A stretch of DNA of 63,949 nt, filler included, from Blastocystis sp. subtype 4 (taxonomy: Eukaryota): the NCBI RefSeq assembly GCF_000743755.1. It is 4 parts of 4 records of this genome, joined end to end, with 100 filler letters (N's around TTAATTAATTAA, not from the genome) between each part and the next. Parts side by side here need not be neighbours in the genome. Positions count along the whole stretch, not along the records: positions 1 to 16,310 come from NW_014569305.1; positions 16,411 to 32,555 come from NW_014569304.1; 2 more parts are not named here. The stretch is one strand, 5' to 3'. Under the pieces are notes generated by a model. It saw only the letters and a list, made by a program, of their open reading frames with translations. It was not told the origin of the DNA and ran no database searches. The position numbers and the translations under genes were made by a program. This document shows, piece by piece, positions 11,583 to 23,258 of the stretch (the first letter of the stretch is position 1; every line of letters starts with the position of its first letter).

Positions 11583-13468
11583 TTATGATAAAACTGTTGG
11601 ATTGGAAAACAACGTTGTAATCATCGAAGTAATAGCATTATCAAAGTTGAGTCCTTGAAATTGGCTTCGCTTAATACACTGACACTGTTCTTTCATATTC
11701 TGCAAATTGGCATCAAGAACCATAGGTTTGGCTACCTTATCCAAAAGACAATAACTCCACGGGAAGAATTTGCCCTGCATATTCTTAACCACATATCCGA
11801 CAATTGAATCGTTTTTATTCACAGCAGGGAACTGATTCACCGTCTAATTTCACAATCTCTCCAATACTCTTACAATAAAGCTCGGTGAAAAGTACACCGC
11901 TTCTACTTCTTCATCAATCATCGATTGCATTGGGAGAACGCCTTCTAGAGGTTCCATCATTGTAACAGGATCTTGTTGGATCGAATTGGCAGTTGCCAGT
12001 GGATACACAGGATATGCTGTAACAGGTGCATTTGGCTGTGGATAGAATCCTTGAGCAGGAGCTTGGGTCTCGATGTATTGTTTGAATGCATTACTGATGA
12101 CAGAGATGGATTCAATCGCTTTGTTCCATCTGTGATCAATCGAGTCAACGTATTCTTACTTCAATAATAGTGCATTCAAAGCACATTTCGGATCATGCGG
12201 CGTCTCGATGTTATTTTCAAGTCGATTATCCCGATATGTAAAGCAAGAAGGACAACGATGTAATTCCAATGAAACACCTCCAACATCTTCATGTCTGGGA
12301 ATGAGAACAATAGAAGAGAAATACCCAATTAATTGAAACTGCATACTATTAAGTAATGAATAGCAACTTGTAGCATAGTCAAAAAGGAAGCGAATGGAGG
12401 AATCAACCATCTGAGGTGAAATATCCATTGGCGTTCCAGCATTGATCCGCTTAAATAACTCTGAACTTGAAGATTCCATCATTTCTCGCTCATTGGATTG
12501 TCTCTCTGAAATCAATCTCAACCGGTTCATTCGTACTTTTGGATGTTCGCTTCGATTTAACATTAATGCTAGTGGAATAATCACCAGCAATATCTGCATT
12601 CTGAGGATATAACGAAATGTCGGGATGAACATAAATTACAAAGGCTTTGCTGTTGTGATTTTTCGATACACTTTCAATCCGAATATTCAATTCGCAGAAA
12701 CCCTGGAAATCAAAAAGATTGAACACTATTACTGCTTCGTTGATTTCTTTTGACTGATCGCTAATCACTTTTAGAATGCTTCCACTCTCAGATCGACTTG
12801 ACACTCGAACTGGTGATAAGTCATCGTAGAGAAGTGTTAAACCCACAGGAATCGAACGACCCCCACGCATCCCTGATGTTACAGGAAGACCAGCACTGTT
12901 CTATACATAAGAGAGCATGGTAATTCCAACAGTCAACTGAACTTGGAGTGTGATGTGATTCTTCTTTCCTCCTTCATCTTTGAACCAGTTGCTTGGAATT
13001 GAGTTCTTGATTTCCAATTTGAAATTGCTATGTTAAATATGAACATCAGTAATACACAACCGAAAAAGGTGTACTAAAAGTACACGGAATCATTCTCCCC
13101 TTCGACACTTCTACCTTAATAACGAATTTCTTGTTACTATGTTGACAACTAAGTTCTCTTAGGAGAAAGGTAATCGGTTGACGATCCGAAACAAAACAGT
13201 TTCCACTTTGTCCATTCACACCCTATAGTTAAGTTTCCAAAATATCACAAACAAAGATGGCATTCGTTGTTGTCACAGGAGTGTGGTTTTCATAAAGAAG
13301 AGATATGAAATAGTCTCCAACACTTCTATTCCTTAAATAAATAGAAAGGAAATACCCTGAATATACACAATCATGTTCATCTATCAGAAAGACTTCCAAT
13401 GGAACAGGAACTCCCACAAAAAGGCTATTTGGTAGCTTTCCTATATGAATTCGCAGTCTTCGTTCCAT
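11583..13468 (-). CDS. Uncharacterised multi-exon protein with possible CudA/STAT-like Ig-fold DNA-binding domain
   Basis: Exons encode IPSNWFKDEGGKKNHI and LLYDDLSPV...RIESVSKNHNSKAFVIYV...SINVKSKR; a later exon has CPSC...HDPKC. Confidence 0.45.
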
Positions 13469-13684
13469 CAGTATTCAATTAGGATTATTCTGAGAAATTC
13501 CTGATTCAAGGGCGTTTCATTTTTAATGCATTGAGTTGTTTCTTGGTCTATAATGGATTTATCGGTCATTGTTGTTGATTAGAATCCTAATCTGTGAAGA
13601 TGACCAATTTTGGACCGGGACACTAATCCTATATGAGTTGCTACTAATCAAACAATTATAACTAAAATACTATTACAAATAGTT

Positions 13685-15102
13685 CTAATCACTCACATCT
13701 TCCTCTTCAGAAAGATCACCAATGGTAACAACATTCTTAGGATCACGAGGGATACTCAACAAGTGAAATGATGGATTCTAACTAAGTAAAATTGTAGGAT
13801 ATTTGTATTGGGATCTTTGTAGCATAACCATATTCAGAAAATTGCTTCAACCCCTTCAATACACTACAAACAAAAGTCACAAAAGTTCCTACTTAGGTCC
13901 CTGAAAAACGACCGACATATGAATATCAGGAATAGTGACACCTTGTTGATGATCATCAACTTTGCTCTATGATCAACCATTTCCGATTTACCTACATTCA
14001 CAATGAGTTGCTGAAGAGCGGGAGGATCTGCGATCCCCCATTCAGACTCACTCCTCACATGATTCTCCATAACTACCTTCTCATCAAGAATATGAACGTT
14101 GTCAGGCTAGAAATAAAGAAACTAATAAAATATAACTAATTTCTGCATTAGTGCTGGGATAGTGGATTCTATTGTTCCATGTTCCAAGGGTCTCTTCTCT
14201 TTCAATTGATTTAGATAGCTAATGATCAATTCAATATGCTAACACATACTCTGAGAAACCACCTGCATTAGTGTTCATTACCAAAGCGAGTAAACTTTCT
14301 ATCCATTCACTGAATAAAAGAATCGTACTGACATCACTTCCTGATAAAGAAAGAGGAGTGTAACTAGCTTGTTGAATGCTCATACAAAAGGTAGTCAGAA
14401 CAGTGGAGCTATAAGTTCGAGAAAGTGGCGAAGTCAACATATAATTTGAACCCAACATATGAGCCTAATAATCAGAATCATTGCCTAAACAAACAATGTA
14501 GGTGACAGTGGTATCGTTGAGTGAGGAGGGAATGAACTCATACTTTCCCAGAATGGGTTCAACCATCAATACACGAGTCCAGAGAATCCCATCTTTGACC
14601 ATAGAATAAACATGCTAGATATAAATTATCTGCATAGCATTGACACAAGGAATTAGTGAATATAACTCGTCTGTAAGACTCCTTGATATAACTCTACAGA
14701 TCAAAGGTCATTCTTATCGCGACTTTGGATTTACAGATGACGGATCCTTACTCGTAGATCCTGATAATCGATATACTGTCCATTTCATCTTCTGAATACG
14801 ATAGAGTGTATCTATGAATGAATTGAAACATAAAACAGGACACAATATATCGATTACTGCTAATTGGTCAAGTGTAAAACCACGAGGCTATTACTAAAAC
14901 CTAATACAAAACCATACATATCGTTCCTTCATTCTACTGATAAGTTCACCTTTGGTCATCTTTGTAGTATAAGAAATTTGCATAAAAACTAGACTTTCAA
15001 GTACAATTACGTAAGAATACTCATCAATTCAACCAACTCATCTTTTGTAAGCCGGTAAATATATTCGTTGCATTCAGAAAAGGGAATAGGTCGTTCATCC
15101 AT
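13685..15102 (-). CDS. CENPN: Centromere protein N (CENP-N/Chl4)-like
   Basis: Spliced PRGFTLDQLAVIDILYTLYRIQKMKWTVYRL, GILWTRVL and C-terminal FQGPNVLKGLKQFSEYGYATKIPIQLLSIPRDPKNVVTIGD resemble CENP-N/Chl4 N- and C-terminal blocks. Confidence 0.65.
13763..13802 (-). other. U12-type (minor spliceosome) AT-AC intron, 40 nt
   Basis: 5' ATATCCTA, degenerate branch-like TCCATCAT, 3' TTCAC. Removal deletes a stop and restores the CENP-N-like C-terminus. Confidence 0.65.
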
Positions 15103-15414
15103 TTTTAAATGATTGCCAAAAGAAGTGGGAATTCATGGAGTTGTTGATACTCCCTCGATTCTGAACTTGTTGAAACTCAAGTCAATCTGTGAAAAGATTG
15201 AGAGTCAAGATATGACAAACGATAAGAATGGCATAATCATTCATATCTTTGCACCCGGGTGCAATTCTCTTCTCTCCAGTGAAAAGTGATGGAGAAAATG
15301 ATAGGAATCGCTCAGTGTCGGTGAGTGAAGAGATGAGCGATAAGATGATGTGACCGATAAAGAACAAACAAGTATATCAGCATATGGTACAATTGCGTGT
15401 TCCTGGCTCAGAAT

Positions 15415-16310
15415 TTAAGTGAAAGACATTATAGAATATTGAATGGTACGGCTCTTATTGGTACTCTTATTCTTTGATAGCTTGCTATACTGTTGAATGA
15501 ATTGATCAAGAGAATCAGCATCTCAATCATTATCAATTCATTCATCATACTTGAACTAGTCAATTCTGTAACCCTATCGAATGAATTATCCATCTGTAGT
15601 CCATCTTCAGTGAGTGATGGAATGTCTAATTCAAATTCAATAATCAATCAGCACTATCTAATATCGCTTTGCCTATATAACCGAAATTGGCACCATATCC
15701 TTTAAATGTAAATAGAGAAGGAAGATCTCATCAATCAATCATTCATTATCACTCATACTCCTCATTATCAATTTGTTTGATTCAGTAGTATCACCATCAC
15801 CACAAAGAGCTATACGTCGAAGAGTAATGGATTGAAGTCTAGTCAAATCTCATTCATCACTCAGTCACTCATTCATACCCTCAAATACTATTGAACGGCA
15901 TAAGCAGAATGAAAAATCATCCAATTGAATGGATATGAGAGAAGACAGATTCTTCAATTCAAATGATTCACACCAACAGAATGATCTGTATCCAATGTGG
16001 ATTTCACTCAATTGAGCACAATTCATTATCAAACATTTGCTTCCGAACCTACTCATCTTATCCAGATAAAAGCTATTCTCTCCAATGATGATAGTCTCCA
16101 ATTCATTCAATCCATCAATCACAAATCGACTCACTTTTATCAAACAACGATCTCCAATGTCAATTTGTTTCAATGATATCAATGAATAGTTCAATATCAA
16201 TGATGATATACCAGGAGGATTGAAATGATCAGCAATAATCAGAGATTCAATACAACTAGTAACAATCAATTCACAATCATCAATCCATTTCATTCTCATA
16301 TCATCATTAA
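15415..16310 (-). CDS. 3' part of an LRR-like repeat protein (probably a multicopy family), truncated by the gap
   Basis: Repeats LKQIDIGDRC, LETIIIGENSF, LSEIHIGYRSF, LKNLSSLISIQL and DLPSLFTFKG; distinctive TGA/GAAT-rich introns ending in TGAG. Confidence 0.6.
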
Positions 16311-16410
16311 NNNNNNNNNNNNNNNNNNNNNNNNNNNNNNNNNNNNNNNNNNNNTTAATTAATTAANNNNNNNNNNNNNNNNNNNNNNNNNNNNNNNNNN
16401 NNNNNNNNNN
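16311..16410. other. Assembly gap linker (N44-TTAATTAATTAA-N44)
   Basis: 100-nt spacer with six-frame stop codons, identical to the two other gaps. Confidence 0.97.
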
Positions 16411-16653
16411 ATATAGAATCACCAAGTACCGCTTGCGGATATCAACTTCAGCCTTCTTGCACACAGCAGTGGCAAAACGACGACCAATACCCTTGATAGA
16501 GGTCAGAGCATAGACAATCTTCTGCTTTCCATCGATGTTAGTGTTGAGCACACGGAGAATGTGCTGGAACTCTCCCTGGTTAACAAGAGCCTATATAATT
16601 GGTAAGGCGATAGAGAAACGAATCACGAGCACAATGGAATAACTACCTACCAT
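16411..16653 (-). CDS. RPS18: 40S ribosomal protein uS13/S18, 5' part (truncated by the gap)
   Basis: ATG at 16653, 60-nt intron 16650-16591, then [40 protein letters not shown]. Confidence 0.95.
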
Positions 16654-16832
16654 TATGAAAGGTGTGTTATGAAATACTGGGCAATGAAAGGTACAACAGA
16701 AAGTCCAAATTCCCGTGGAAACACCAATGAGAATGACTTTTCTTCATAGCAATGAGCTCATCGAAAGCAAGGGAAGAAGAACAACATATTGATAACAAAC
16801 AGGATGCAAGAAAAGCGAGAGACAAACATCAA

Positions 16833-17166
16833 TTAAAATATGGTACAGCAATTCCTCTTCTTCAACTCAAACTCCAAATTATCTGAATAGAATGTCTAGG
16901 ACTCAATTCCCAGCATTAACCGAAACTTGATCAATAGCCTTTCCACTTTCATCCTGAAACTTTACTCGTCTCTGGGTATGTTGTCGTAACAACTTTACAG
17001 ATGATCGCTTATCTCTGAAGTCAGTGCAACTCAGAACCACCTACGCAGATAGTGGGTACAATTTATAATCCGAATAGTCACCTAACTCAACTTCATCGAG
17101 TTCACTGTCAGAAACGACCAATTTCTCGCTCTAATGTTATGAGGATAGAACAAAATAATTTACCAT
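16833..17166 (-). CDS. ~79-aa microprotein with PP1-docking RVxF motif and C-terminal CaaX box
   Basis: Four exons and three 30-33-nt GT-AG introns give MSEKLVVSDSELDEVELGDYSDYKLYPLSADKRSSVKLLRQHTQRRVKFQDESGKAIDQTFYSDNLEFELKKRNCCTIF*. TAA is followed 4 nt later by TGTTTGTC. Confidence 0.75.
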
Positions 17167-17339
17167 TCGAACGAGGGATTCTACAAAGAGATTACTAAAA
17201 CAATAATGGATGTGGCCGTTTCATTCAAAATGTTCTCGGAATCTTCTTATCTAATGATAAAACACGCAAACCATCAAAGAAGAATAATTGGATGGATTTA
17301 TTTGAACAAACAAAGCTAGAAAGCGATCTTGCCGAAATC

Positions 17340-19512
17340 CTACCATACAAATAAGGGTTCAGCTCCGATGACCCGCCCTTCAATCACCAATTTGTATCGA
17401 TTCTGTAGAATGAGAAGTATATTATATCGTTCTTGATACTTTACTCGATAACGAATAATACAGTCCTCCTCTCCTTCCTTAATCTCTTCACCATTCGATT
17501 CAGCAGTAACTTCACGTTCTTCTGGTTTCATTTCCGAAACCTTCTCAACAATGCCAAATTGCTTAGCAAACTGATAAACCTCATTCACTTCAAAGGTTGA
17601 AGGGAACGAAGAAAAACAAACAGCAACAGGAAACACTTTGACAGTTCCATCGATGAGACTTGGTAAAATAGCAGATGAACTTGGAATGTCAAGTAACTCT
17701 GGTCTACGACTCATACTCTCTCTTCAATCTTACAGAACATAATCACGAATTCGGAAGAACGTACTGTAACTTACTGAGTTAAAAATCGTGATCTGATTGT
17801 CTGGTACATGTTCATGCTCAGCCAAACAAATAGCCATCTCATCACAATTCATGGTAGCCAAATAGGCCACTGCGACAATTGCAGACCCTTTTCCGGTATG
17901 AACCACATAGTCGCAGATAGTGGATACTTCTGAAAATGCTGCCAAAAATGAAGAGGTATTGTGAGTATAATGAAGAGCAAAGAAAGTGATGGTCAGACTG
18001 AATAGATCAGGTACATCAGGACGAAGTGAAGGTGGAGGACTACGAGTGGAGACACCTGTAGTCGAAGAGGACGATTCTAAGATCACATAACAAGAGAAAG
18101 AGATACGAGGACGATCAAAGACATACAAAGAATCAAAAGCGTCAGGATTACGATAAGGACGATACTCAGGAGGGAGCTGGGAGAGTGAAGTAACTATGGG
18201 ATCTGAATTCCGGTTAACAACTGGCATCTTCCAATCACCACTCAGTCGACTATCAGGACTAAGAGTCAGAGGTCCGGAATTCCTTCCATTGTAGGAGAAA
18301 GCACGACTACGTGCATCATAATCAGGCTCACTCATATGATATCCTTCAGAGGAATAAGACTGACGAGGAGAGAGAGCAGTATAACGAGTTGACTCCAGAA
18401 CACTTGGAGAGAAGGAACGTGAAGATGAAAGAAGAGACGGACGATTTGGTTTGAGTAGACGAAGAGAGTCAGTACTCCCGCCTACGCTCAATTTATTCAT
18501 TCAATCTTACTCATGTCAAGATAGGCTGAATCAGTTGCACTACGACGAACTTCCGATCGGGTATGCTCGATTGGAATGGACTGATTATAAACCATCCCAC
18601 GGGAAATAGTCCCAGACTGGCGCGAATTCATACTGGAAGGAGAACGAGATCCAGCAGCTGGTTGAGGAAAAGAAGGCTCTGGAGAGAAAGAAATGGGAGT
18701 AGTGACCTCAACAGAAGAACGAAGATCAGACTGGAGGATCGATGGAGGATCGATGTTTGCAACCTCTGTAAAATCCCATGAAAAGGTATTGTTTTGGTTC
18801 ACATGAAGGTCAGCAAATTTGGAAAACTGCACTTCAAAAGTAACAACACTATTGTCGATGTGAAAGACCTGAGACTGGAGAACCTTCTTGACTTCTTCAG
18901 CCTCCTGAGATGTACGGAACTGAATGAGTGCTTGAGGTCCAGCTTCATGATGAAACATCAAGATCTTCCGAACTTTGTGGACATTATTACAAATCTACGT
19001 GTCAATTTATGGAGTCATTCCAACACTTGCCATCTGGAAGAGGGAGAGAGGAAAATCAGAACATCCACAAATAGTAACTAAAAGAATATGACACGGAGTA
19101 TAATCCAGAGGATTGCGCTGTAAACGCTTATGAACAGAATAGTTCACATTCATGGGAGAGTTATGCAACAAAAGGGAGTTATTCTTTGCAAATTCATAAA
19201 GAGCAATTGCATCATCTAAATTCTTCATTTCGACAAGAGCCTGTACATCAAGCTCCACAACCACCACGTACTTGTTCCTTCGGACGAAGGATCACAACAA
19301 TCTCTACAGGTCCAAAGGAATTCACAATCTGAAGAAGGTCGTGCTAAAACGTTACTCCTTCTAAAAACACGGACTTTGGAAGCTATCTTCGGAACATTTT
19401 TAAAATGCAAAACAGGAGATGGCTGCGTTTCAGATGCTTCACTCAGATCGTTAAACGCTGCTTTTACTATACGTAAAGAGGAAACAGAATACCACGCACC
19501 AGGTAGGGGCAT
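17340..19512 (-). CDS. PTB/hnRNP-L-like multi-RRM RNA-binding protein
   Basis: QPSPVLHFKNVP, QALVEMKNLDDA, QALIQF and VQFSKFADLHVNQNNTFSWDFT are PTB-family RRM signatures. 3' end approximate. Confidence 0.75.
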
Positions 19513-19593
19513 GAGTCAAACGGAAACGTGTCGATTCAAATCGAATACTCTTATGAAAGCAAGTCTTACGCAACTCATCTACCTTCTAAGCAA

Positions 19594-19603
19594 AACCGCG
19601 GTT
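19594..19603. promoter_or_regulatory. Palindromic AACCGCGGTT element in a divergent promoter
   Basis: The same core occurs at 24606-24614 and 35630-35645, each between divergently transcribed genes. Confidence 0.45.
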
Positions 19604-19755
19604 CTATAAGATTTATTTGAATTCTTGAATAAGGCGTTGAAGCATCTGTTCACTTTTTCAGTGAAGTAAGAAACACCCCAATCCATTCATCTGCATTGCC
19701 TAAATGTACCAATAGACAATCCACACACATTTCATCTTATTCTATCCGAATAATC

Positions 19756-22700
19756 ATGGATACATGGATATTAACAACTCTCGGAGATATGAAATGGAAG
19801 ATCGACGACTTTTCTCCCTATTTCGTTGTCACAGCTCCTTTTGGGAATTACGTTGCTCTTGTTCCTAGAAACGAGAACGAAGATCGTGATTTTGCAATCT
19901 ATGATGGATGTGGCACACTTCTCGTGGAAGATGTGCTTTCTCCGTCTTATCAAATCGTTGCAACACATTGGTTAGAAGATCAGCGTCTCTGTATTTTCTT
20001 GGAGGATTGTCGATGCTTGGTTTACACTCCCAACAGTGAACCTCGGCGAATGATTGAGATATTCAGCGAAGAAGATATTGAAGCTGGAATAAAAGTGAAA
20101 AGTGCCCTAGTATCTGGATTGACATGTTGTCTAATCACGTCTGAGAATGATATCTATTTCACGTCCGATGTAACTGGCTCGTTAGCAAAGAAAGCTCCAA
20201 GCCTTCCCGAAGATGTAAAGTGTGTTTCTTGGAATTAGATTACATGTAGAAAGTCAGAGATCAAAGCTATTGGGATTCTTCCAGATACATGCATCTCTTC
20301 CCGAAACACGAGTGTTTTGATCTCAGTTCTATCTGGTCCGTTCAAAGGTATCATTTTCGTTGTCAACAGTACCAGCAATAATACTCGAATGTTGCTTGTG
20401 AATATCTGAGAATGAAGTGAGGAATAGGAGCCACAACAAGAGCCATTGACACAGTTTGCTCTCCATCCATTTCATGCATTATCGTGTTATAGTAGTGAAA
20501 GCAGATTGGTATGTCTGGATGCATTCCCTCACAACTAGATGGTCTTTGATAATGACTGCAAATATCCGCTGTTTAAGTGTCAGTTTGTAAAAGAAGAGGA
20601 TCAAAAGTCAGAAGAAGAGATCGAATCGGATGATGGAAGGTACTACGATACTATGTGATTCATTGTAGTGAATTCCAAATATCACGTCAATTATCAAAGT
20701 TAGGGGTGTTGAATAAAGACACTTCAACTAGTAAGCTTCGAGAGAAGGAATCACTTCTTCCTCACCATGTTTATGGAATCTACTGGTTGAATGATAGTTG
20801 TATTGCAGTTGTTATGACAGATCGACATTCCACTTCTCATACCCGCATTCTTGCTGTTTGATTTATTTCTATATCTTATTCTAAGTTGAATATTCACGGA
20901 GGAATGGATTGGATTTCTATCCCTCATTCCTTCAAAGAATTGATTTTCCAACAAGAAGTCGATGGATTGCGAATCATTACTGCGAAGAATGTATGGCTCT
21001 TACGCCAAAACATGTCATGTGCCTTGGCAATCCCTGCTCACTTGTCAATTGTGAAGCAATACAAACAGTATCCTTCCTTCTTCATTCATATTTATGAACG
21101 TTATGAAGCTGGAGATGAAAGCTGTGTGAAAGAGTATCAATCCATCTCTCCAGAGCTGATGATGGAAGTCATTCGGGAATTGCTGAAAGTGTGTTGTTTT
21201 CATCTTCTTTCATCAAATAGTACTGTGAATGGGATAACTTCAGCCCACAAAACACAGAACTGTTATCTGCACTTCGCCTTGCAATTCGTTTCCTTCCTTC
21301 GCAATCAGCTATGCAATCATTATGTAACATTCTCTATTTCACTTGCAGCAATATCAAGGTTCTATTCAATCTCCGTCAAGTTTAATTGTCAATCATCTCT
21401 GAGATGTAGGAAGGAATACTACTTACAATGGCTGAATATCGCGAATTGACATTTTCTGTTGTGATAAGTCGACTTCTCTTCCAAAACAAACATCAAATCG
21501 CAATTCATCTTTGTGACATCTATAATAGTCACAGTAATCGCATCTATCAACAGGAACAACCAGGGTATTTCGATGAATTTCGTGGAATTGTAACAATGGA
21601 TTGGGCCACCAAGAAGATTCAGAATTCCACAGAACCATCCGAATCTCTTGCAGCTACTGTGTTCACCAACATCATCAAAATAGGTCGGGTTCCGATCATT
21701 CCCATTATTCTCAATATTTATGATATTCGACCAGATTTGGCAATCAGTCTTCTTCTGCTCGAGCCAAACCCTTCGCTAGCTGTTGCTTGTTTATTGAAGA
21801 TTGGAGAATACTCAGAGGCATTGCGCAGAGCAGTCGAAACTGAAGATGTCGAACTTGTCTTTGCAGTGGTTTGCTTTACAGGAGATCAGTCAGATTTGTG
21901 ATTAGAACTCATATGTAGTATGGAAAGTCGAGAAGAATGGTTTGATTTGATTAGTGAGCAGACGATGGCAGTTGATGTATTTAAACAATATTATGAGGAA
22001 ACAGAATACTATGATATACTAATAGAATATGCTATGCACGTAAGTGACTTCAAAACGGTGTTCTATCAATTGCTCCGAAACGCCGTTTACGATGTGGATA
22101 CATTGATGAAAGAAAATTCTCCATTTGAGTTAGATGAAAGCGAAAAGGTCGAAGCAAAGATGTTTGATCTTCAGAAGTGTTGTGATATGTTGTTGCCAGG
22201 AGTTAATGACTTTGATGTGAATGTAGTGTTTCTCCCTATTCTTGATTATAGTGCATTAAAAACCAAATAGCATTATTCAAAGTCCAGTTGCAGCTCTCTT
22301 CTTCCATTCTAAACTTTTCCCTCTATAACACAATTACTAATCTTTTGGCACGACGAAGAGAGGATAGTGATCGGCATGCTCTTTTGTATTGTAGAATACC
22401 TTAGTTTCACTCGTAGCCTTAAACAGCAGTATTCGATTACTGATGTTCGATATGATATTCTTCGATTGTTTGGAATGGCAAAGGCCGGTTGTTGGGAGGA
22501 AATACGGCAACTGTATGTTCAGCGAAAGAACATCATTCCTATCGAAGTAGATAAAGAGCTAGTCATGAACTGTAGTGCTTCTTGCAAGTTGTTCTTTCAC
22601 GGAAGGCGTACAACGAAGGCGATTACTATCTGAGTGTGATGAATGTGAAAGAGTCTCCAGCTCTCGCTTTGCATTACTCGTTGTTACTGAAGTGAGAGAT

Positions 22701-23090
22701 CATTTTGTTGTTAATTCTAGTCAATGGAAATTGGCGACCCAACTTGCAGTAGAACTGAATGATTATAGCAGCATCATTGTAATTATGGATAATGTTGATA
22801 ACGATGTTCCTGGAATTCGAGTGAGGTTTGTGTTCTGTTATGACCTGTAGATGGAATTATTTAATTACATTCGAAATAGCGGATATGAGCGAGAGAGTCC
22901 TTTTGTGAATGATGTGAAGTTCCATCCCGTTCTCAAAGCAAGGAAATCGTTTGCTAGTGGTATTCTTGCTGCCTTCACAAGTACGGACACTCCCTCGAAT
23001 CCAGAAAGACAAAGTCCAGAGCCAGAAGCTCCAGAAGCTTCCATTTCATCCTCTGGCATCTTTGGGAAAATCAAAAACAAGTTGCTGTAG
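19756..23090 (+). CDS. VPS16: Vacuolar protein sorting 16-like (HOPS/CORVET core)
   Basis: QQEVDGLRIIT, VVISRLLFQNKHQIAIHLCD, DWATKKI, RPDLAISLLLLEP, ALRRAVETEDVELVF. TAG at 23088-23090, then TGTTTGTT. Confidence 0.75.
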
Positions 23091-23258
23091 AAACATGTTT
23101 GTTCCAACCAGATGCTGTTATCCATTTATGTTCATGTATTCTTCGTCATATGACGCCATGAGGCAACTGTCGTTGGTCGACATGATAATCAAGAATCGAA
23201 GAATCACTGGTCGTGCTGACAGCAAAAGCGCATTCTTTCCTTAAAGAACGTACTATTT

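Noticed and set aside
21069..21110. GTATCCTT/ATATCCTT as further U12 donors (also ~1887, ~27533, ~58313, ~62683)
   Set aside because: They lie in open, plausible coding frames or antisense to a gene; no branch site or frame rescue supports an intron.
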